This document shows, piece after piece, positions 48,599-62,605 of a stretch of 64,000 bases of DNA. The notes beneath the pieces were generated by a model. That model searched no databases. It was not told the origin of the DNA and saw only the letters and a program-made list of their open reading frames with translations. Position numbers and translations under genes: made by a program. The DNA lies in the NCBI GenBank assembly GCA_009103225.1, contig RHPI01002990.1, positions 762,767-826,766 on the forward strand, read 5' to 3'. This DNA is from Chlorokybus atmophyticus. Its lineage: Eukaryota > Plantae > Mesostigma and Chlorokybus algae. Numbering within the stretch: the first letter of the stretch is position 1; every line of letters begins with the position of its first letter.

Positions 48599-51360
48599 GA
48601 TGTTAGCAGCAACAAGCGCCATGACCCATTTCAGGTAGATGCTTGTACACCCATCATGAGTGGAAACGCTTCAAGTGCATGTGTCTCCGTGTGCGTGTGT
48701 GTACAACCGTACGCAATATGTCACATAGTTTTTTGCATCCACATCCACAGTTCCAGAATGCGCGAAACAACGTTTGTTACGGTCATGGCGATGTGCCGCC
48801 ACAGAGTTCAGAGTACATGCATGATGTAGTTCTATCAAGAACACAGGTGCATGTTACTTGGCTGTTGCATTTGTGCCATAGGCCGAGCGCTTTGTCTCTC
48901 CAGCATCTGGGAAAGCGTGGTATTCCGCGAGAAGGGTATACGCGGCGCATGCGAATGCATGTGATTGGCACAGAGAAACAGGCTAGCCCTGGCTGTTTCT
49001 GTCAGTTTGCAACTGCAGCAATAACCGGGTGCGCCAACATGATGCTTAGCTAAGTGAGTTGGGCATTGGTTGCTGCACTCACCAGCTGCACGCGGATGTT
49101 TCATGTTCAGGCTTGGTGTAGCTTTTCATGTGGCCCTGTGGTGACTATGCTGGTTGTGGGTGTGCGCAGCGTCATGTTCGGACATCAATGGCGGGGAAGG
49201 CGGCTATTCCTGGACTGTTTGCACTGTTCTTCAACCCCAGGATGTACTTGTGACAGGGGTGGTTGTGTTGGGGTTTGCTACCAGCTGTGGCATCCACTAA
49301 TTGGAGCAGACCAAGAGCTGCTTTTACCGCCAGCCTGTACAACCTGGCATGAACAGCTGTCCGCAGCAGCAGTTTTGTTGGCAAGGCGAGAGATCCATGT
49401 CATCAGGAAGTCACGGAGGACCCAGAGCGACATTACAGCACACTTTAGAGTACATGATAGAGCGAGCAGTGTCCACCCGATATTTGTAGAGAATCTGGAG
49501 AGGTCTGTGACACTGAACGCAATTGCAATTGATGTTGCAAGTCAATGATGTGAACATCTGTCTGGTTGAGCTGAGTTCATTGGTTGGATCACTTGCATTG
49601 GGTAGCATGCGAGACGTCGCTTAGCCCCATCCACTGCTTCCAGTTTGTGCAATGCGATGGCACTCCAAATGTATAGCCACTCCTGTGCGTGTCACACCTT
49701 CAAGGCCATCCATATCAGGTGATTGGTTAGTTGCTGGTAAGGTAGCTGTCTGTGAATACAAGTGCATGGAACAACTGTTCCTATGAATCTGACAGAATGG
49801 CAAGCGCTGATCACCCCTAATAACAATTTGCTGATGGAACCCACCTCAAAAGGATGACAATTTTGCGCATGTACCATATTATCATTGAGTCCCTCTGTGC
49901 GCATTCACATTCGATACGCATAGCATGCATGCTGCTGTTGTGCAAGGCTGCATGGTGTCAATCGTCTTCAACTGATTGCGGCGCCGGCGGCAACGTGCGT
50001 GCATGGGTATATAAGGGGTATGGTACGGTGGCAGCATGCATGGTGTGGCCAATGCGAATGGCATGCATCAGCACAAGCATACACACGCTTTACTCATCAG
50101 ATTTAACCACCGGGCTAGTTCTATGGCTGCTTGCTACACTATACCAATGCTAGCCCGCCCCGTTAGACATACAAGCATGCATTCAGTTAGTACCTGCTCA
50201 CATGGGCGTTGGTCAGTCCGTTGGTGTACAAGAGATAGTGTGCTGCATGTGCGCGACGTGTGTGTTCTGAAGAGCATTGGAACTGATGGTGTAACACTGA
50301 CTCAGCGATGTGTGATAGTGAGCAGCGCTGTGCCACCATATTCACAATGCGCATTATTTAAACATACAACGTGTGGGTTGAGTCCCGCACGTGCAAGTTT
50401 GCGCTTGCCAGCGAAGCTTCACAGGTCTGCCGGTGCTGACTTGCAAATTGAACCGGCGCAGTGCAGTCAGTCCATAACTGATACTGATGTGGAAAGAGCC
50501 GTCCGATCAGCGTCAGCTGCCTCCAAGCCGCCCGGTGTTGACGCGTGCACAATGCGCGTTGGTTCAGTACGCTCTCTTGCTCGACGTTCCTGGTTTGCCC
50601 TGCATTGACAGGGCTTGTCAGCAAGAGCTTTCATGCCTTGACGGCTGTCAGCAAAGGGCGAGAGAGGGGGACGCAGAGAGCTCTCGAAGCACGTCACCAA
50701 CTGACAGGGGGATGCTTTACAGGACCGTTCAAACCAAATAGCCTGACGTGTGGAGAGCTGAAGCGATGCTCGCCTGCCCCCTATCTTCCCTGGTCGGCCT
50801 TTTCCCCTTCTTGCATTGCTTGCTGGCCTACACGTGAGCTTAAAACCTTTAGCCTCGGGCGGGAGGGCAGGCTCTTGCTCCAGCCCAGACACAGGGCTTC
50901 TTCTCCGCCACCGCCGCAGCTCTGAGCGGTAAGGCAACATGTGCCATGCAAGTACTCTGCTCTGCGGTTCAGCATTAGCTCAGCGTCTCTACTGCTCTGC
51001 TTGTCGTCGCGGCTAGTTGGCTGTGGCTGCGAGTCAACTTGTTGGTTGCATACATACTATTCAGTCAAATAAGCCTTGTACTGACCTGACCACCGGCCCA
51101 GTGACTGCAATGAATGCATGCATGCCTTGCAGCAGGCCACTGCGTATGTTCAGCACCCTTCATGTTGCATGCAGGACAACTCGTGGCCATTGGTGGTCAT
51201 GCATGGCCATGCATGCGTCGGGTTGGAGGGTGGGCAGGGAGGGGGCTAGATAGCTGGTGTGTCTGTCTGTTGGATTCTGTATCGTACTGTCTCTTGTGGC
51301 ACCTTTTGCTTCAGGTGCTGACACCATATTACAAACAATAACAGCAAAAACAACTTCACC

Positions 51361-53154
<1,794 letters not shown>

Positions 53155-54332
53155 AGGAAGAAAGCAAGAGGAGCAAAACATGCAACGTAAACGCACCTCT
53201 CCCCTTTGCTTGTACATATGCTGTACAATATATGGTACCCTCCAAAGCAGAGAGGGAGGAAACAGGTCGGTGCTGTTCCCTGCGTGTATATGACTGTACG
53301 TATGTGTTAGAGCTGCTAGTGACAGGTGGCAAGTTTGTTGGTTGCAAGTATGAAAACTCGGCAGCATGTCTTGATTGGCTGCCAGATGTGCACCACAACT
53401 TGCGCATTATGTTGTTTATACCTACAGATTAACACGACATATTGTGCATTACTGCTATGTTCACAACGACACTGCGCATTATTTGTACATGTACATGGGT
53501 TAGGTCATATGTAAGGTCGTGCACTATCATTGACCTACGCGCACAGTGTCACAAGACAGCCGCCACACACCCCGCAAGACATGCTCATCTGCAACAAACC
53601 ATCGCTCAGGCGCACTAAGTCCTGGAGCTCTGGTGTACCCTGGTCAATCCAGTGCTTGCAGCCTTACAGTTATCCTTCAATATCTCTTCTCAACAGCACA
53701 TTCTGTCGCTGCAGCTGGCTGCCAACAACCGTCAGGCGCAGGTTCTTGATATTTTTCTCTATCAGATTGTTAGCTACAGCTGATGGCAGTGGTTTAGTTC
53801 AGGTTTTGTGACACCTAGTTCCAGCAGAACGTACCTCTATTCTCAGGGATTAATTGATTGTAACGTACATATTGTGATGTGCCGTCAGCTGGTCCACTTG
53901 GAGGCCCAACATCATTCTTTTTAGAAAATTCACCCGCGATAACCGTGCTCACATACCACTGAATGTATCCATGTAAGCAGCACCTTATTGTGTACACTAC
54001 TGCCACCTCTCGCATGCATATCACAATCAGCCAAGGACAAGCATTGTACTACTGAATGTGCGACACAGAAACATGTTGTTGAACCAATGGCGTAAATTAA
54101 ACCCAGGGGAGAGTACACACAAAGGTTTTTGTACACAACACTACACCTTGCCAGACTAAGATAAATAAGATAAACACTGGCTGGCTGAGCTGGGGAATTG
54201 TGAAACAACTATATGGTTGGGGGTTGGGAGCAACTGTAACACACTACTTTCTTAGGTTTGTCTGCACAAGCTTGGGACGCATGCGCGGGGGCTGGCTATG
54301 CACAGTGGCTTGGCCTTGCCTGGATGTGCCGC

Positions 54333-55366
54333 TTACACATTGTAGGCAGCATTGGACTGGTAGGGTGCGCTCGCGCTGTACAGCCCGGGGCCAGTATTGG
54401 CGCTTGGTGAGTGGCTGTTGGAGGTGGAGTAGTGGTGTCTGTACTTGAGGGAGGAGGTGATGGCCAGGTGCATGAAAGCCAACCAGGTGCAGAGCCAGCC
54501 CACAAACCCGAGGCGATTGAACCTGCGCAGGGGTGGAGTTGTAAGCAAAAGGCAGTGTGTTTGTGAGACACTTGCAGAAGAACAGTATCACGCTCTGTCT
54601 TGCAGCCTGTCTGTTTCAAGCTGCCAGAAAACGTGTCAATCGTATGGTATACATTACCTGCAATAATCCTCAATGCCGGTCGTGTGGTTGCAGTTGTCGA
54701 TCATGTTATCGGCGGTCTGCAAGAGCAATTCAAGGCTGAGATAACTTATCACAAAAGTGAGTACTAGCAATTACCTGAGTATCCCAGTACAGTTGCAAGT
54801 ACACAACCAGTTAAACCAGGTGTCAGGCTTACCAGGAAAAGGTACACCCAGGAGACGGCGAGGAAGAAGGTGTGGAGGATGGGGAAGAAGGGCACCTTCT
54901 TAATCAGGAATGTGGGGATCAGGTAGGCACCCGCTAGCAAGATGAAGATCCAATCATCCCAAGTCTTCTTAGCAGTGGTTTGCGACGATTCGAGATCGTC
55001 ATTGACATTGTGCGACAACCATGCCAGCCAGATGAACACGAACTGCAGACAAGTAGACAGCGATCAGTCAGCGTCCTGTAACATTGCGTGTACATGCACT
55101 GTGCTGGCGTCTAAGCCTTCGTGCTCGAGCTGCAGGACGCTCACCAGCAGGCCGGCGGCGCCGAGCAGAACGCCCAGGATGTCGAGAACCTTGAAGATGC
55201 CGAACTTGGCTTTGCTGGCGGCGTTGCTACCAGTGTTGCCAGTACCCGGAGCACCGGCGGGAGGCTGACCCAAGGTGCCGCCAAGTGGGCCCATGCCAGT
55301 GGCCTTGGTGGGAGCCATCACAATCGGCGGCTCCACCACAGTGCGAGTAGGCGCCTCAGTCGCCAT
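54333..55366 (-). CDS. Four-TM membrane protein B, paralog of gene A, 4 coding exons
   Basis: MATEAPTRTVVEPPIV..VLDILGVLLGAAGLL/FVFIWLAW..KKTWDDWIFILL..PILHTFFLAVSWVYLFL/TADNMIDNCNHTTGIEDYCR/FNRLGFVGWLCTWLAFMHLAITSSLKYRH. Confidence 0.85.
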
Positions 55367-56370
55367 TCCGGTCTGCACTAGCACAAACACACAGATTGTT
55401 TGAGCGACATGCGCGCGAGCAGCAACAACTCAGCTTCAAAGGGCCATTCAAAGCAAGCCAAGGCGCACAAGCTGCTTTCGGTCATTACTGATGGTATCCA
55501 GCAAGCATAGTGTACAGCCACCAAGCAAACGAGTAGCAGCACACAATACCGGTAAGCGTTGCCCAGCACATGCACACGCAGTCCACATGCATGCTCTCCC
55601 AGTGCAAGTGCTCACTTGGTATCGAAGCCGCTGTCGTCTGCTTCACTCACAGCTTGCCGCGCAGCTGCTACTGCTGCTGCTGAATGCTGCGCCTGGCCGC
55701 CGCTATCACCGCCGCAGCACTGCAGGCAAGCACCACCACCACCGCCACCACTGAGCTGAACAGAAGCCGAAGTGCACTGAACTGCTTTCGCTGTGCGCCA
55801 CGGACAAATTTATATGAAACGCTAATGCCACCCCTAACCACCCGAATCAATAGGGGTCGCGACCGTCATGAACGTGACCCGAGCGTATCGCCCAGCATGC
55901 GACTGACTGAGCAGTGTCCAGGCCCGGTTTCGAGGATTCTCCCGGAACAGCACTCGCACCGCTCAACGGCATTTTTAAGGAAGACGCCGGAAAACGACAA
56001 GCTTTGCCGCGGCATTCATGGGTTTACGGCACTTCCCGCGGCCTTCAGTGCGACACCTTTCCACGGGGTGTCACATCTCACATGGGATAGGGATAGGTTC
56101 GGTAGAGCGGGTGTACGGATAAGGATCTGCCGCATCAGCACTTGACGTCAGCGTCTGCGAGCGAGTGCCTGACACGTGGTGCAGCAGCCGTTATTCGAAT
56201 TGATGTTACTGCGTGAATCTAGGCTTCTCCTGGCCGAGCTCGTGGTGGAGGTAGGCTGTAGTGGGAGTTGGGGAGATAATCATGTGACTTACATGATGAT
56301 CCGTTGATGAGCAGGCGGGTAAGGCGCAGCGGTGTCAGGTCGCGATCCGTCAGTCACAGCGAGAGCGGGG

Positions 56371-56456
56371 ATTTCCCGCGCAACGGCTACCTCTACGCGG
56401 GAAATGACGTCAGCTTGCACAATCATGTGGTGCGGTTGGTGGGCCACAAGTGGGCC
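56371..56456. promoter_or_regulatory. Cluster of two inverted E2F sites, a TGACGTCA palindrome and two TGGGCC site-II motifs
   Basis: atttcccgcg (56371-56380) and cgcgggaaat (56396-56405), tgacgtca (56405-56412), tgggcc (56440 and 56451). Confidence 0.55.
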
Positions 56457-58359
56457 ATGCACACCCACTAAACATGTGAAACATGAATTGGCGTTGTGGT
56501 TGTGCTGCGCCTGTCGTTGCACAGAGCACTCACTGACATGTAGAAGCTCTGTGCTACGTCAGGCTTGTCATGGTCATGATGACACTTGCAGCCTGCAAGT
56601 GGCTGATGAGGCATGCATTTGCGCTCACTCAAAGTTGATGCTAAGTATTGATCAGCTCGGAAGTCATCACATTTTTATGTAAACTTCAAATACATAACAA
56701 GGTCGTCAACTTGTGAAAGATTTATAAGTAATGGATGATTGCATCAACAAACATGTTGTTGTAAAGATCAATGACGTTGCGCATAAACAGTGTGTTAACA
56801 TTTGTATTTAAAAAACCGAATTCTTGCATCCGTATTGTTGCATGCAGCATCGCACCAAGTTGACATATTTGTAAAGTTAGCAAAGGATGTCTCATATAAG
56901 TTTGAGCAGACATATTATGCAATACAAATACTCGTTCTTGTGTTGTTTGCGTGGCAAAGGACATCAGCATTAATAAGTATTGGAAGCTGTGCATATTAAT
57001 GCGTATCATGATGGATGTTATTTACATTTTGCGTTATTAACAGGCATGCAATATTATTAGCATGTCTATCTTATTTGAAACATTATGTGCATGACTGACC
57101 AAAAATCATACCAAATATTATTTTTAATGGATTCATGGGGCTAGGTATGCGTCTATACATAAGCAACTTAAGTGACATTTTTATGATAGCATGTGTGTAA
57201 CACAGCTTGCCTATGAGTTTCAGCTATGCGCGAGCTACGAATAATTTACCACATGTGCGTCATACATTATGTGTTTATATGTATATTGCAATTATATTTT
57301 GATTAATGTGTATAAATGTGGCCATATGATGTTGGTTGAATTATCAGCTTATCAACTTGCAAATTGTGTGTAGTTAAATGGCTTATAACTTGGCATATAC
57401 CATAATACAAGTGCTCAACACCACGATTGTCATTTCAGAAAAGAAAATTTTTGATTTGTTTTTCACTCATTAGATTGCAAAAGCAATCATAGTAATTTTA
57501 CAATACACAAGCATTATCATACGAACATAAGCACGATATAAAATGTTATCAATCCTTCCTTAATAGCGCAGCATTATTACACATTTTATGACATTGTGAT
57601 GTTGGCAGCGCGGCATCACTGAGTGTGTGTGCAATTAAAAATCGTTTGCAATTGTAGCATACAAATAAAGGTTGATAACCTTGCAATAGCATCAACATGC
57701 GCTGCGGTTTGTGATGACAAATACATGTCATTTGCATTTAAGCACGCGCCGTAAGACACAATTATCACTGTTAATGATGGTAACACGGCGCTTTAACCAC
57801 CAAGCTATGACAATAAACGTCGCTACCTTAAGCAGGAGAACAAAGCATTGATGCAGCCTTGCCACATGTATATTACAACGATGTCGCTTAAGTTGTAACG
57901 CTGAATCCATATATTGTATACATATCGTATATATTACATCATAAGGCCGTAATGATTACGCCTTATGTCGTATATATTTACAAGCACTTTAAAACAAAGT
58001 ACACCACACTCCTGTCTTAATCAACTCAACGAGTATTGCCATATTTACAAGCCACGCAACGTACAAACGTATAGTGTAAGATTATGCTTTTTGGCATGGT
58101 CAGGATTTTCCTGTTTTCCCTTTACATTGTATAAACATATTGTTTGATGTTCATTATACAAGTTTTAAAGCTGCGGTTTAAAGACATATGGCTTTTAAGT
58201 TTTGAAATTTCGTGTGGCAGCGATTATTAATGTTAAAGCTTAATGGTTAGAGCGTCATTATGATGTTTCAGCTGTACAGTACATGAGCGACAATGCCTGA
58301 TGTGAATAAGTTTATACCGACATATGAACACCATAACTCAACTCTGTATTATTATTGTA

Positions 58360-58761
58360 CAGTACGACCTCGTTCTAGGAGACACGTTTATTTCCTACAC
58401 TTTGTCTCTAACAAACAGGGTCTCTTTCCTCGATATAAGAGACTATGCTCTTACAGCGAGGTTACGTCACAAACATCACGCATTGCATAATGTGTGATGC
58501 TATGTCATGCTATGATACGTGATATATGTAAAACACTTACTTATATCCGTTCAAACGTGATTTTTATAACACATACCTATCAATGCATTTTATACCGCAC
58601 CCTCTGTGTAAGAGAAAATTGATAATGTTGAGGTCTCCTACTGCGGGGTCTCTTGCTCTTAGAATGGACAGATTTTGAGTGGTGAAGCTATGTTCCCAAC
58701 AAAATGTCTCTTACAAGGTGAGATCTCTTAGTCGGAGGTCTCTAACAGAGAGGTTATACTG
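58360..58761. mobile_element. Degenerate Tc1/mariner (pogo-like) MITE
   Basis: TA|cagtacgacctcgttctaggagac ... gtctctaacagagaggttatactg|TA; termini match at 17 of 24 positions, with CAGT ends, TA on both flanks and internal gagac/gtctc repeats. Confidence 0.6.
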
Positions 58762-58812
58762 TAGCTGTTATAAACATCCACAATCGATAGAATATCTCTC
58801 CTTAAATGAATA

Positions 58813-59278
58813 CAGTCTACCCCCGTTAAAAGACTTCGCTTTAAGAGAATACCCCAGTTAAGATCATCGTTTTGCAAAGAACCAATCGTTTCACAGGCAA
58901 ATATCTTCGGTTAGTGGAATAGTCTTGTACGAATAAGGCTAAAGAGAAGGCTTGAAATTCTAAGTGGGTCAAGTCTTATAATGGGGGAATACCTTGTTAA
59001 CAGCATAGATATTTCGCTGATATTAGAATAAACATCACCTTCAACAATAGAAGCCATGTATGATAATGTACAATATATACATAAAATATGAATTTCATTT
59101 TTGCCACGTCAGCATATGATGACGTGGCTTAAGGTTATCAGTCAATACCCCCATTAACAGAATGTATATTCTTTAAACGCTAAAAGCATACATATTCTTA
59201 TCAACGCCAAGAGAAAAACCCCGTTAGTGGAATGAAAAGCTGAAGGATAAACGTGATTTTGGTAACGGGGGTAGACTG
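58813..59278. mobile_element. Tc1/mariner (pogo-like) MITE with perfect 16-bp TIRs
   Basis: TA|cagtctacccccgtta ... taacgggggtagactg|TG (the right TA is apparently mutated); internal recurring cc(c)gtta/ccccatta motifs; no ORF. Confidence 0.85.
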
Positions 59279-60464
59279 TGATGAGACCTTATTGAATATA
59301 GATAAAGGCAAGACAAGGGTTCTCAAAGGTAAAGTCCAGGAAAGTTAGCAAATCTGACGGGTGTTTCTGTTGCTGTCCTTCTCTCTTGAAGTTGGAATCA
59401 GGTTAGCTTGTCTGCAAACCCCCTTTCTTTAACAGCTATATATATAATGCTCGTATGTTCATTGTACTTGTATTTCAAGTATGCACGGAACTTATTCTGT
59501 TGGTTGTATCACATGCATCAAGTATGATTACTCGTGTTGTTGCCATCCGTCAAGAATCAGCTGCACACGTCAAGCCATTTGGATTATGATGAACACCAAA
59601 GCACAAACGTAGATTTATACTTTTCACGGAGACTCCCGAAATCTCGGAGAGTTCTTTCTCACATTGACTGCATATAGGCTGCTGATCGAAACTTTAGCAC
59701 ACTTGCAACATAACAAGATAATTATTGAAAAGTGAAGGAAGCATGCAGATGAGACACAACAAAAGCGCACATTAAAGTACAGAAACCTGCATGTATATGT
59801 ATAGCATATCTTGAGGTCGCAACGTAGCCTTTTTTGCATGGATGGCACACAACCTCCTCTACACATGAAGACCAACTTAACAGATAGTGGACAGATAGCT
59901 TTCTCTGCAGCATGCATATTTTTAATGCAGTTTTTAATGGGGAAACGAGAGAAAATGCGGGGGGGCGGCAAAATAAGACTACCAGTGGTATCATTCAAAA
60001 TCAAAATTGCGGTTTGCATAACGTTAGCTGGCTTTTCACCTTGCCGTTTTTCAAGCCCTAACCTTCCCTTTTGCCCCCTAACAAGATCTTCAACTGTCCC
60101 CAAACTAGCTTTCAATCTTCATGTATATGCCACGGCATTTTTCTCCATTTTTTGGCGTACAGGCGAAGCATTTCTTGCTGCTCGTATTTATTGCGATAAG
60201 CCGGTTAGAGTTCTCATTGACACATTTCGTTCCTGCCCCTTCCCTTGCTATTTGCGTGTTAGGTGCCGACACCGCTCGCGTTCAAAACTCGTTTGCTATG
60301 CCTCCGTAAGCGGATCATCATTCAGATCTCGTCGACTTTTGCAGCTGCATGTTGCTCTATCCATTCCTTTGGCCTGTCTCATTACAGTCAGGCCACCGGT
60401 CGCAGATAGCATGCTAGAAGGTGAGCTGGACACGCTAAGCAGTGAAGGGGAGTTGCGCTTCTGC

Positions 60465-60465
60465 T

Positions 60466-60498
<33 letters not shown>
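60465..60498. repeat. Compound (CT)9 + (CG)8 microsatellite
   Basis: Read directly. Confidence 0.9.
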
Positions 60499-62605
60499 CT
60501 TTGTGGCGCATGCGCTGCATATGTACTGCCAATCATGTACATTTCCACATGCCCATCACAGTCTGCACAGCGGCGTTCCTGCCCCTTCCTCTACTGTTTG
60601 CAACTCTGATGTTGACACCGTTCGCATTACAAGCCCTTGTGGTGTGCTTTTGGTGATTAATTACAATTTGTTAAAGGCATGTCCTTGACTCAGGCTGGCG
60701 GCCTGAGGTGATGGGCTTGGAGGGGAGCTGGATACGCCAAGCAATAAGTTGCGACTTTAGTCACGCACGTAGCTAGTATGTTTTAAAATCAATAGGTTAA
60801 CTCAATTAAATGCAGCTCAACACTCATGTTTTTACGCAAATAGTACGTGTATCGTGTATACGACAACACATACTATGCGCGATGCGTGACTTGGAGTACG
60901 ATATGTTTTACTTTTAATCATGCCGCAAGTTATATATGAATTACAAAGTACACAAACTATTCAGAACTAGTAGTTACATTTTTGATAATTTAAAATGCAC
61001 TCAATAATACTTATGAATATCAGAAGCTTTGGAGTCGATCAGTTATGTCAAGGCCAATTTGTCAATCAAAGCACACTTCATATCTCAACGCATGGTATAC
61101 TGCACTTGCATGTGGCCGGCGTTTTTGATATTAATTTAAAAGTCACAACCATTATTTCATTTCAATCATAACGCAACAACACGGTATTATACAACCCTTT
61201 GTTCAATCAACATTGCTTTCCATTCAGTCGTAAATGTGACCAATGCGCACTTAGACCTTTACAATTTTGTGATATATGTACGGCGCTACTACAAATCACC
61301 CAAATGGCATGATCAACACATACACTTACCATGAATTTAGGTGGTTTAAAACGCTTGTGTCGATGTGGTACTAATAGGCAGTTGCATGATAACTTCTTAC
61401 AACTGCTTCAGACCAACAAACTTTAGGTAGATACTGTGCAAGTGTGATTATATGGAGCGCTTGAGTTGCAACTTGACAAGCTTGCCAATACCCAGTTAAG
61501 GTTGCAGAGGGGGGGAGTTGGGGAGATAATCNGGGGGCTTATGTGGACACTATGTATGATTTATTTAATCACACATCCAGAATTACATAAATATAGCATA
61601 TGGGATGACTGTACATATGATTATATGTACCGTCATCTCATTAGTTCGTATTCAATTAGTCTAACCATCATCCAAATTGTGTTGTACTTATCCGTGTCCA
61701 ACCTATAATCTACATGTATCAAGCTATGTGTGTATCATTTTACTCTTCCCCCCCTTTCTCCTTCTCTTGCTGAACTAAATAGGAAGAATATGTGAAAACT
61801 TATAACATCAACAAGCCCCATGATCGTAAGTCACATTGATACGTTGAGTACATAAAGAGGGAACGTTGACGCATTTACGTATTATATCTAAAAACCCTGA
61901 TCCACTACCCCCCCCCCNCCCCCCCCTTCCCCCTTTAAAAGGGGGGGAATGTAACTATTATGCAATTTACCCACAAGAAGGGGTTTGCAAAAGTAGTCCC
62001 CCACCCAATGTTGAAGTGGGGTTATCATCCTCAAAGAGGGCTTACATCCAAGCATACAGAAACCATGTACAATTGCAAATTGGGACTTCATCTCCTGTAC
62101 GAAGTTGATGGCTTCATTGAGTAGTACGAGTATTATATGAATGGCGTGGCAACACTCGTATCATTTGCAAGACAAGGGAAGGGGCGGGGGGGGGGGGGGN
62201 GGACCAATGTAGTATTGCAAGTACACTCGGTGTGTTGCAGCTGCGAAAGTGCAGCGCTGCACGTCCAGCCCCGTCCACCGTGTCCACTTCCTCCTCTTCG
62301 AAGCCCGCTACTTGCGTTGTTGCTTGCCTGTGTACACATATCTGAGATACGCGTGTGCAATGTACTCTGATGCTTATTGTGAATGTTGTGTGATAGGTGT
62401 GCGCATGTTGTGTGGAGTGCAATAGCAGCCGCAACATCTATTCTGAGCTGCTGCCATCATCACCTAACATGTCATCAATTGGCAGGGTTTGTAGTCACTA
62501 GCAGTGTAGTCGTAATGACAGCAACTTGCCAACTGTGCCATGCAATAGCGATGACTGTGGCAACACACGTTATACAACACAATATTACACGATCCGCTCA
62601 GACTG

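Noticed and set aside
48700-51300. Multiple 80-190 aa ORFs and splice-like signals
   Set aside because: I could not assemble a consistent reading frame or recognise a domain; a gene may exist but is unsupported.
59811-60656. 281-aa ORF
   Set aside because: Non-ATG start, no coding-like codon bias, crosses a microsatellite and several splice signals, no motif.
62220-62350. Ankyrin-like snippet EVDTVDGAGRAALHF on the minus strand
   Set aside because: Single partial repeat lacking the following AA motif; probably lies in the REP 3' region next to an n junction.
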